Origin: Lepidodermella squamata
Lineage: Eukaryota; Animalia; Gastrotricha
DNA length: 64,000 nt
Direction of reading: 5' to 3'
Assembly (NCBI GenBank): GCA_047495785.1
Contig: JBLDXI010000007.1
Location: 1,054,001 to 1,118,000, forward strand
The position numbers and the translations under genes were made by a program. A model generated the notes under the pieces. It was not told where the DNA came from and made no database searches. It worked only from the letters and a program-made list of their open reading frames with translations. The stretch's first letter is position 1; every line of letters begins with the position of its first letter. Shown in pieces: positions 1 to 9,444 of the stretch.

Positions 1-22
1 CATAAGTAATGCAGTAGAGAAT

Positions 23-1603
23 TAGGGGTGAGCCGGAAATTCGGATAACCGAATTATTCGGTACCGAACCGAACCGAATTCGCGTATTCGGTTCGGTTCC
101 GGTTGGGTCTGAAATTCGGCGAATTCGGTTCGGTTGGGCAGAAAATGACCGAATTTCAACCGAATAATTATCCAAATTTAGATGTACCGTTCATTCTACA
201 GAACGCAGTATAACACCGCATTTAAGTAAGATTTTTTACCGATCGGTTATTGAAACCACCACTTACCGGTATGAACCGATGAAACGAGCTGGTTTTTTTA
301 TTTTAGTCAGAAGGCTAAACATGCATAGCAATAGCTTATCTGCGTTCCTATATCAATTAGATCTTCATTTATATTCTAATTGAAGCTCTAGGAAGTTTGA
401 AGTATTAATAATCAACTGTATCGTTCATCTAAAAGCTTAAATTAGCAATGTTAGTACCTAACTTACTTAGGTAAATGGTACCTAATTAAACTTGAAAATT
501 TTCGTAATTTCAAAATAACTATATGACAAGAATAATTTGCAAATGTTTTCTGAGAGCGATCCCCGTGAAAAGATCAACACCGTGATTTCTAAGCTTTACA
601 GAAACAAAGTTTTATTCATTTAAATTTTAAATTGTAAGTTGTTATTGCCCATTAGTATGGCGCGCGCGTGTGTAAATTTCAACTTTTTAGCGCCGGGGAG
701 TTTTGAAAAACAAATTAGATATTCTGAATCAGCGTCAAAAGTTAGGGCTATGCGCGCAATTATCTTTCAAAATGGAGAAGAAATAACGGATAGAAAATCG
801 CGACTTGAGTGTGAGTGAGAGCGCGCGCGCACAACAAAACTTTGCTTGCTCGCAGTTGCGGTGACCATCTTACTGCTTTTACCCGAGGGTGAGCGCTCAT
901 CTCAGGTACGCGCGCGCACACCGCAAACACAAACACACATAATCACGCGCTATCAAACTTTAGCTTCTTATTTCTTCTCCATTTTGAAAGATAATTATGC
1001 GCAAATTTGCACGTAGCCCTAACTTTTTACGCCGATTCAGGATATCTAATTTGTTTTTCAAAACTCCCCGGCGCTAAAAAGTTGAAATTTACACACGCGC
1101 GCCACTTTAAGACCTTTCAGTGCTTACACACACGCGTAGAAAAAAGAGAGAAGTGGTGTAATAAGGACCTACCTATATTATTCGGATTGTAAGGCGCGAT
1201 ATTAGGTTAAAAATAAAACATTTAAAAAATGGTAAAAAATTTGAAATAAAACATTAAATTTGAAAATGTATACGGAATAGTCTATATAATTCTGATTGTA
1301 ACCAACCAGCAGAGGTGATTTTGCTATCAACGCTATGATGAGCTTGTGTTACAAAAATATTCCAGTTATTTTCCGAAAAAATTGAATTTGCCGCTAGATA
1401 AGCTCGCGTTTTACTCAACAATCCGGTTCGTTTCGGCAGATTCGGCCACCGAATTTCAAACCGAATTATTCGGTTGATATCCGGTTCGGTTCGGTTTTTT
1501 TTGTCATTTCGGTTCGGTTTATTCGGAAACCGAATTTGCGATAACGAATTCGGTTCGGTTCGGTTCGGTTCGGTTTATTAAAATCAAATTCGGCTCATCC
1601 CTA
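23..1603. mobile_element. Non-autonomous hAT-like DNA transposon
   Basis: Termini TAGGGGTGAGCCG...CGGCTCATCCCTA. 8-bp target duplication TAGAGAAT (15-22) / AAGAGAAT (1604-1611), 7/8 match. Dense subterminal CCGAA/TTCGG repeats at both ends. No transposase ORF. Confidence 0.85.
658..1104. mobile_element. Foldback MITE nested in the hAT element
   Basis: About 130-bp inverted arms (TGGCGCGCGCGTGTGTAAATTTCAACTTTTTAGCGCCGGGGAG... and its reverse complement ending at 1104). Right end is followed by CTTTAA. Confidence 0.8.
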
Positions 1604-2215
1604 AAGAGAATATTCACAGAAAAGGGTTTAGAAATTCTAAAATGGGACACGGAGGCTAATTCATGGCCAGAAAAATCTTAGAAAATTTCAAAATGCCGCG
1701 AGAATGACAGGTAAGCCACTCACCAATAAGCTTAAAATAATCCGAAAAAATGTGGCTCAACCGAATAGAATACCGAAAATTACCAAACCAATTACCATCG
1801 ATGTCGCTGAGTTCAACGGACCAAATATTAGCGGACCAGTGTTTTGGATTAGGTTGGAGGTAGTTCCTATGATTAGTCGATTCCCCCTGGAAAGTGCCAT
1901 CCAATGACGAACTATGCACACCTGAGCTATTTAGCCTCACTCTGGCAGTCGCAAACATCCAATTACTACAACAACAACTTGATTTGGTTCGCCAAATTGG
2001 GTCCGCCGAGTTCAGCAAAGCCAGGGATTTTTGGAACTCAACGGACCCTGGTTTAGCGGACGCCGGTTTAATCGGTTTAAGTCGCAGATTAAGGATGTGA
2101 GATTCTCCCGGTATGTTTAATTTAAAAAATAATTAAATCTCTTGCAAAAAATTGTAAATTTAAAAATGAGTGCGCTTATGGGACACGCCTTATGTTTCAA
2201 AGCATTCAGCCTCAC

Positions 2216-2368
2216 CTGATATTCACGCAATCGAACGCAGCCGTTAGGCGATTCGCGGCAATTAATAAATGAGTCATCGAATTGCGAAAAGCAACGAGCC
2301 CATTGGCCGCATCGTACCATGTCGATGGTGGCGATCAACGCAACAGTCACCGTAACTAGCAACTTCAT
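2216..2368 (-). CDS. First exon of a putative small secreted Cys-containing protein; downstream exon uncertain (possibly the 1656-2110 frame)
   Basis: MKLLVTVTVALIATIDMVRC signal-like peptide, then GQWARCFSQFDDSFINCRESPNGCVRLREYQ, ending at a CAG|GTGAGG donor. Confidence 0.45.
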
Positions 2369-2803
2369 GATTATGCCAGATGAAAATAATAACGAATGAG
2401 GTTGTGTTAAAATTATAGGTACGATAAAAAAATGAATCGAAAGAAATTTCAAAACAATATGACGCTGGGGTCAAGTTTTTAAGTTTATGTTGCGTTGAAA
2501 AGGGCGCCTCTAAAAACAAATCGCGTGCGCCTTCATTCACAATAAATGTTGTTTTTCATTTACTTATTTCAAAACACCGACACTTCTTATTAAACTAATA
2601 ACAATTCGAACTGATTTCAAGGACTGATACACATTTTAGCAAATCCTATCAGTGTGAGACCAATGATGCTCCTATTTTATTTGCTTTCTTTTTCAGCTCC
2701 AAATAATTTCTGAAGCGGTATTTTCAGTTAAGGAAGCGTGAACAAATAGCACAGATATTATGAAATAACACTTGGGGACTACGTCAGCTCTAATGAATGT
2801 AAT

Positions 2804-2845
2804 GTATCGCCTGTCACGCGGGAGACCAGATTCCCTGCCAAGGAG
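2804..2845 (+). pseudogene. tRNA-Asp(GTC) fragment
   Basis: CGCCTGTCACGCGGGAGACC matches the eukaryotic tRNA-Asp anticodon arm. T-arm partly deleted (GATTCCC...GGAG remains). Confidence 0.8.
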
Positions 2846-2871
2846 AACACTTTGGCCGTTTGAAAATCGAA

Positions 2872-2935
2872 CCTATTTGGGGCTCGAACCCATGACCTTG
2901 AAATTAAGAGTCCCATGCTCTACTCCGACTTAGGC
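2872..2935 (-). pseudogene. tRNA-Lys(CTT) pseudogene
   Basis: Minus strand reads AGTCGGAGTAGAGCATGGGACTCTTAATTTCAAGGTCATGGGTTCGAGCCCCA. B-box intact, acceptor stem degraded. Confidence 0.8.
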
Positions 2936-3014
2936 AATTTTATTTATTCCGAAATGTTCAGAAGAGGAAAAAGCTGCTGTTGATAATTTAATGGTCATTT
3001 CATCTAAAAAAAAT

Positions 3015-3047
3015 CGAGGCTGCCAGGAGTTGAACCCGGAATCTTCT
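3015..3047 (-). pseudogene. 3' half of a tRNA-Arg-like gene with Pol III terminator
   Basis: Minus strand AGAAGATTCCGGGTTCAACTCCTGGCAGCCTCG followed by a T8 run. Anticodon arm absent. Confidence 0.65.
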
Positions 3048-3202
3048 CAACTGACCTATACTAGCCCATCAGGAGTGGATTTGTCTCTGCTATATTCCGC
3101 CGAGGAGTTGTCATCATGAGAGAAGTTATCATTTTCAAAAAGTCAGTGAGATGCCATTGAAGCTGAGATAGCATTGCGATGAAGCTATCACTAACTTGTC
3201 AC

Positions 3203-3259
3203 GGTTCTGTGGTGTGGTGGTTTAGCCTTTAGCATTCTCGACTTTGAATCCAGCGACCC
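3203..3259 (+). pseudogene. 5' two-thirds of tRNA-Gln(TTG)
   Basis: GGTTCTGTGGTGTGGTGGTTTAGC...GACTTTGAATCCAGCGACCC matches tRNA-Gln. T-arm missing. Confidence 0.75.
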
Positions 3260-3291
3260 TTTTGTTTCATGAATTCACCTTTTCATGATTT

Positions 3292-3347
3292 CTGTTCGGG
3301 ATTTGAACCCGAGACATCTCGCGCCTGAACTGTTGAGAGAATCATAC
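3292..3347 (-). pseudogene. tRNA-Pro-like pseudogene interrupted by a MITE
   Basis: Minus strand GTATGATTCTC...GCGAGATGTCTCGGGTTCAAATCCCG. Removing 3348-3937 restores GTGGTATGATTCTC. Confidence 0.7.
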
Positions 3348-3933
3348 TGTTGGGGACCGAGCCCGAATTCGGCCCGAACGCGTTCGGGTCAGCCCGTACG
3401 CGGTCGGGTAAGGGCACTTTGCCGCTCCGCGCTCGGGCCGGCTTAAAACATGCCCGTATGCCACGTTTACTGTAAATTTAATAAATTCGAGAGAATCACG
3501 CTTCACCGCACACGGGGCGGCCAAGGTGCCAGCCTGAGCACGGCGGAGAACAATGGGATCCAGTGCTATTGTTCAGCGCCGTACTCGGGCCGCCGGGCTC
3601 GTGCGTCTGGAATCGGGTCGTCGGGCTTGGGTCGCCGGGCTCGGGTCATCCTACAACCAACGCCCACCCCGACAATTTTACCAAGTCCCGGCCCGAGTAC
3701 GGCGCTGAACAATAGCACTGGATCCCATTGTTCTCCGCCGTGCTCGGGCTGGCACCTTGGCCGGCCCGTGTGCGGTGAAGCGTGATTCTCTCGAATTTAT
3801 TAAATTTACAGTAAACGTCGCATACGGGCATGTTTTAAACCGGCCCGAGCGCGGAGCGGCAAATCAATGCTACCCGTCTGCGTACGGGCCGGCCGGAGCG
3901 CGTTCGGGCCGAATTCGGGCTCGGGCCCCAACA
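3348..3933. mobile_element. GC-rich foldback MITE, Ginger-like termini
   Basis: TGTTGGGG...CCCCAACA termini, about 240-bp inverted arms, exact 4-bp target duplication ATAC (3344-3347 / 3934-3937). Confidence 0.85.
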
Positions 3934-4725
3934 ATACCACGGTCTACTGTTTATGTTCTCAACATTTTTATGACGCCTAATCACTTTTCCCCATTCCCCA
4001 TAATAGGTAATACTCTTCTAAAAACATCCTTTGCTACTTTTTTGCATGCAATTTATCTTTTTTGTAGTTATTTTTAGCTCACCCAGAGTAGTATTACGCG
4101 ATTATAAAGCGGTCAACATGCGAGCTGGAATCCAACATGTGAAGCCGAAACCGATGTCAGCTATCGATTTTACAAATCAATAACTTTTCCAATATCAGCA
4201 GTTTTTGAACTATGAAGCCAACATTTTCCTACGATTTTACTGGTAGCTCAAATAAAAAATTCTATAAGATCATAGGGTGCATAATAAAAAATTAGAAATA
4301 AATCGGATGAATTTAGCGATCGACCGCTTAAATTTATAGCTGGAAGCTGAATTTTTGGCGGTGCAAATATTATTTATTACAACCTAGCTAATCCACCTTT
4401 AATTTTTGAAATTCGATTTTTTTATTGCGTGTAAGAAATGTCTGTGAAATGCGCGAGATTGCTAAATAAGGCGGTCATTGTTTATCGGTCAGTCCAAGTC
4501 CCAGCGGCACCATCAATCTGCCTACTCGGTGGAAATTGCCATAACGTGACCATCTTTTTCACATCCTGCAATTTAATTGCAACACAATAGCCATCGACCT
4601 TAGCAACGCCGCTAGCTATAATTTCCCCACCAACGCGCACGCTTGAGATTCAGTTTTTTTCTTGAATAACAAAAAATGAAGCTGTACCTAGATCGCTATG
4701 TTATTGGTATTATGCGGTTGAGACT

Positions 4726-5504
4726 ATGATGGCGCCCAATCGCGCTGATTGGCTGTTCGCCGGTGATGAGACAGCTCCGTCATCACGCAAAAATCAAGCC
4801 AGATTACGCCTCAGGAATCGACTTGAGCCGGTAAGCCTAAGCCTTGCCACTTCACAAACCGCCTTAGAAGCAAACGGTACATCCTTACTCGCCGTATCTT
4901 ATGACGGAATGCACATTACCGAGTCCTTCCCAATGCCACAAAGGTCCGATGTTCCGTCATGCTCAAGGTGGAAGTACATGCCGCCCAGTGTAAGAATGCC
5001 GCGGGCTAGTAGGGTTCATTACGATGCTAATCGAGGCAATTTAATATCGTTCATGTCTTTCACCGGTGGTCACCCTGCTTATGGGCCGATACATCAAATC
5101 AACCAGCAGACTCGAGCCACAGTTAAGCGGCAGAATAATCTGTATCGGGAAAAGTCAACAGTAGGAGTTGTCGATTTTTCAAACACCCTGGATCGAGCGT
5201 TCACTTTCATAACCGCTCCAGTAGCTAATAAACCGTTGGTTTTATATTAATCTCAAGTTATTTCTGTCTAGCATTTGTTTGCAGTTCAGTTTCGCAACAT
5301 CCGCAATATATTCCGAAAAATAATGCAAACAAGCCGAAAAGCCCGTTGCCAAAACTGCGAAATGATATTCGCTTGCCGAGGCTGATTATTACAAGCGAGA
5401 GCCCGCCTGCGACTACACCATACTGGTGCTGGGAAGACCTGATGAGCCTGTACAAGGAAGATACAAGCTCAGGGCCGCCGAATACACCCACGCCCTTCTT
5501 TTGA
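4726..5504 (+). CDS. Hypothetical spliced protein convergent with LGIC-1
   Basis: 174-aa ORF plus a terminal exon after TTTGCAG reading SVSQHPQYIPK...PRLIITSESPPATTPYWCWEDLMSLY...PTPFF*. The same frame is kept in the duplicate at 8888-9100. No recognisable domain. Confidence 0.35.
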
Positions 5505-5711
5505 AGTGAAGAAAACGTTTAGAAACAACAATCAAAGCTTTATTTGTCACGTCAAAAAATTAATTTAAATGAATACGAATAAATACTGAGGATGTACAGG
5601 AGTGAAACTGATAGCAAAGATTTGTCAGAAAAACGAGACGACGTTCACAATATAGCCCTGCTCGTATTTTTCAAAAATGTCCGTCAAACCTCATTTCACA
5701 AGAGGATACGC

Positions 5712-8282
5712 TTAAATCTTGGAGATTGTCACATAGGCGCTTACATGAATGCCCACAAAGGCAACTATAGCTAGGAGGAAAGCGAAGATGTCGATGAGCC
5801 TGGCCAAGGTAATGCGTTTCCTCAGTATTCCACCGACCAATTCACTGCCTCTGTAGCAAGCTACCAGCCAAACGGTCGCCATTTGGTAAATCGTGATAGC
5901 TGCGGCGAAGAACACCAGTTGCATAATGTAGTCACCCAGTAGAGATCGATTTGCTGTCTGCGGTAGAACCCCCCTCACATCAGCCTGGGCAACGACCAGG
6001 GCTAGAAGGGACGTGATGGTGAAAGTAGGCCTTTCAGCAGTTTCAGGCAGCAATAAAAACGTCAGCAAGTTGATAGATGACAGGACAGCACTAGGCAGGG
6101 CCAAGTTAACGAGATAGTAGTCAGGAATACGTTTGATCGTGATTGAAAAATTAGCGGCATGAACGTATTCGCCCATGAATTTCCGAATCGACGTCTTTTG
6201 CCCCGCTGCTAGAACCCGCCACTCTTCAGTCTCATTGCCCTCTGCCCATTCAAAATAGATGGCTGAAAATTGGACTCGTTCAAAATTTCGAACCATTTGG
6301 AACGTAAAATCGCACTCCTGAGTGTCGAAAGGGAAATTGTCGAGATTCAGCTGGCAGTCCGACTCCAGCAGGCCTTCCCTAACCCAGTAGAAACTCAGCG
6401 TGATGTTGTCCCCTTTTTCAGGTACATCCATGTAAACAGTTAGATCTTGATCGTAACCATCAAGGTGGTAGTTAGATGTAGCGGTTGAAGTGAATCTAGC
6501 GGCAGGTAGCCAAGCTTCATCCGCAGATGTAACCTGCAGTTTCTGGCTGCTATTCCGTGACTGATAGATGTTAGTTGCCTTTTTCGAACAAGTTGTCACG
6601 TTCCATTTCGCGAACATGATGACGTCGATGTCGATCTTCTGCGCAACGTTGTCCACGCCTCCTAGCGAGTTGACAAGAAGCACGAAGGTGATAGGGTTCG
6701 GCTGGTTGTTGTTTGGTGGGAAAGCCCTCGAAGAAGCAAAATCGTCGCAATACGGCCTTATCTCGCTAAGCTTGGTTGGGTTTATGCCGAATCCAGGGAT
6801 TGTCGGAACGTATTTCTCTAACGGAGAACCATCGTAATCGGATATGTCAGCAATTGGCGATCCAGATTTGTTAGGCGGGAAAATCGCTGCTGCAGAGGAC
6901 ATTGATGCTGCTGACTCATTGCGTGAGGTTGACGTTGAAGTTTCAACTGACAAACTAACCTTGGGTGTATCAGAAGACGTATCAGAAACCGAAGGTATAG
7001 TAGTTGAATCAGAAGACGGCATTGTTGTTTGAGGAAATTGCCATGTCGTTGGCATAGGCGTTGATTCAGTCGAAGTCGAAGTTGTTGCAGCTGGCTTGTT
7101 TGTGGTCGGCGTGGTACTGGTTGACATCGGTGCAGTGGTTGATGTCGATGTCGAAGCAGGTTTCGATGTTGAAGTCGATGCAGTTGGTGATGTTGATGTT
7201 GATGTCGATGCCTTGGTCGTAGACTTGGTGCTGGTGGTCGCGGATGTTGTCGTCGTCGGAACGAACCCTCCGACAGCTGTCTTAATAGAAACGGGTGTCG
7301 CCTCAGTGTTAACAGTGACGAACGAATACAGCTTCGCCTCAACGTTCGGTGGGTCAATCTTTCCGCTGTTCTCGCCCGCGACCCCGATGACATACGGGCC
7401 ACTATTGGCGAACCCTCTTATCGGTGCCGATCTAGCCATATTAATTGAATTTCCGTTACTATTGCGCAGATCCACCTTTATTCACAAAAATGTTTAATAA
7501 TGATGTGGTGATAAGTATACTAGATACTTACTGTCAAACTGTCGTTGATTATCGTTATTGTGTATGTATGATCTCCGTATGGCAAGCTATGTAAAGGGAG
7601 AGCATTCACAGTCATCGGAAGACCGTCCCACCACACACTATCCGGGTTGACGGCAGCTGTACCGTCTCGAAAATAAACATAAGCCGTTCCATCTCTGTAA
7701 AAGCATTGAACTATCAAGCCTCTGCTAGGATGCTGCATGAACACAGCAGTTGCTTCGTCTGCATTAGGTTGAATAAATAAGTTGCATTTTCGATTCCAAG
7801 TCATATTTTACTTACAGTTTCCGAATGCTTGAAGAGATTCCGGTCGAAGAATGTAAATCAACATTCCGTCGGACTTGGAACCAACAGGGCTCGGGACGCC
7901 GAAATTAACAGTTAATTTCAAACCATTGACATTGCTAAGCATCTGTTACAAAACATAAATCCTTATCCGAGAAAGCTTTCGCTTAAATATAAGAATACTT
8001 GTTTAGAAATTAATGCATATGCAGCCGTTTCTAGTTTGTAGAAAGGAAACCCTGCGCTGCCAGCTGGAACGATTGGCAGCGTTTGGCTCACCGCAGTGTT
8101 CTTCACAAAATAATACCAATTATCGATATCTTAAAATAAATTATGCATATTTCGCTTTATTCTCAGTACGCATAAGGGTTACCTGTATTATTTCCAAAGA
8201 AACTGAACTCAGGCAAGACGACATCTGGTTTGCAACCGGGTAGAGCTAGCCAAACGATGGAGAAACTAGCGAACAGATGCAT
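5712..8282 (-). CDS. LGIC-1: Cys-loop ligand-gated ion channel with N-terminal L-type-lectin-like domain and mucin stalk (5 exons)
   Basis: Signal peptide MHLFASFSIVWLALPGC. Four in-phase GT-AG introns (e.g. 8130-8182). T/S/P stalk, Cys-loop CQLNLDNFPFDTQEC, pre-M1 IKRIPDYY, M2 ERPTFTITSLLAL, four TM helices. Confidence 0.9.
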
Positions 8283-8887
8283 ATTCAGCTTTTATTCCTT
8301 AGATAGTTGTTCGACGAGAGATGAGCTCGTCATAACAATCGTAGAGCAATGTTATTAATTTCAGCCTAAATTTAGAGTGAGATCGCGGTTTGTCGGGGGA
8401 TTTTGCATACCTGAGGCCGGATATTGCCACAATTTCACTCGCGTAGCGAATCCTGTCTTTTACGCCACATATTTTCCACTAATACCGCATAAAACCGAAA
8501 TCGCATCCTCAGAAGTTGAAGTCCTGCTTTCGCTGCTATGCATAATACATCGTAGAATCAACAACGCCTTTTCATTCGATAGGTAAATCAAGCGTCCCCG
8601 ATGTTTCCGCTCCTCCAAATTATATACACCAGCCACCTGCTCTGCTCCCTGAGTGCACCTGGGACCTCGCTGGAAGGGATTATCTGACCCTCCTGGGCAC
8701 AGGCGCTACATTCACAGAGGCTGAAGTGCGCGCACACTGGCAGAAGTCGACCGCGTTGCCGCTCGGACCTGCCTATTGCGCCAACAATTCAACGCCGCTA
8801 TTCACCTTGAGTCAAAAAGTGACTGAATAACATGATCCCCGCTTACATACTGCTGGGAAGACCTGATATGAGCCTGTTTCAAGTGAA

Positions 8888-9100
8888 GTTCAGTTTCGTA
8901 ACATCCGCAATATATTTTGAAAACGAATGCAATGCCGAGGCTGATTATAACAAGCGAGAGTCCGCCTGCGACTACAACATACTGGTGCTGGGAAGACTCG
9001 ATGAGTCTGTATAACGAGCCTACTCGCTCAGGACCGCCTGAAACGCCAAGAGGGTCATTAAAAACAACAATTGAAGGTTTATTTGTCACGTCAAACAAGT
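8888..9100 (+). repeat. Diverged duplicate of 5286-5560 (terminal exon of the hypothetical gene plus LGIC 3' flank)
   Basis: Shared blocks TGCCGAGGCTGATTAT.ACAAGCGAGAG.CCGCCTGCGACTAC and TTTATTTGTCACGTCAAA. Confidence 0.85.
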
Positions 9101-9444
9101 GTAATTAAATAGAGAGAAAACCTTTTATTGGTATACTGTGTTATATACAAACTATAACATTGCCTTTGAGACACAGGATTATAAATTATTAAGTTTATAA
9201 TTTGATGAGATTAATTGATGAATTAATTGCTTGATTGATTGATTAGTTAGCGTCTTTGAGTAGGTTGGCTATTTGAGTAAAAACTAAATTAAAAACTAAA
9301 AGGGAATGATTATATTCTTCAGGAGAGAACGAAATCAATTTCTCTCAGGAACTCAAGTTATGTTCATCTTAATATATGATTGAACACTGAACTCATATTG
9401 GACGCTTCTTGAAAAATGTCTTATAAGACTCCCGTTCTTCATAC

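Noticed and set aside
3342-4077. Mirror-image ORF pairs
   Set aside because: Products of the MITE's inverted arms, not genes.
5438-5465. Hammerhead ribozyme (CTGATGAG-stem)
   Set aside because: The required GAAA after stem II is absent, the core is not conserved in the 8995 copy, and the segment reads as coding.
8620-8790. GC-rich patch possibly a ribozyme or retroelement end
   Set aside because: I could not build a convincing structure or find termini by eye; it needs an Infernal or RepeatMasker search.
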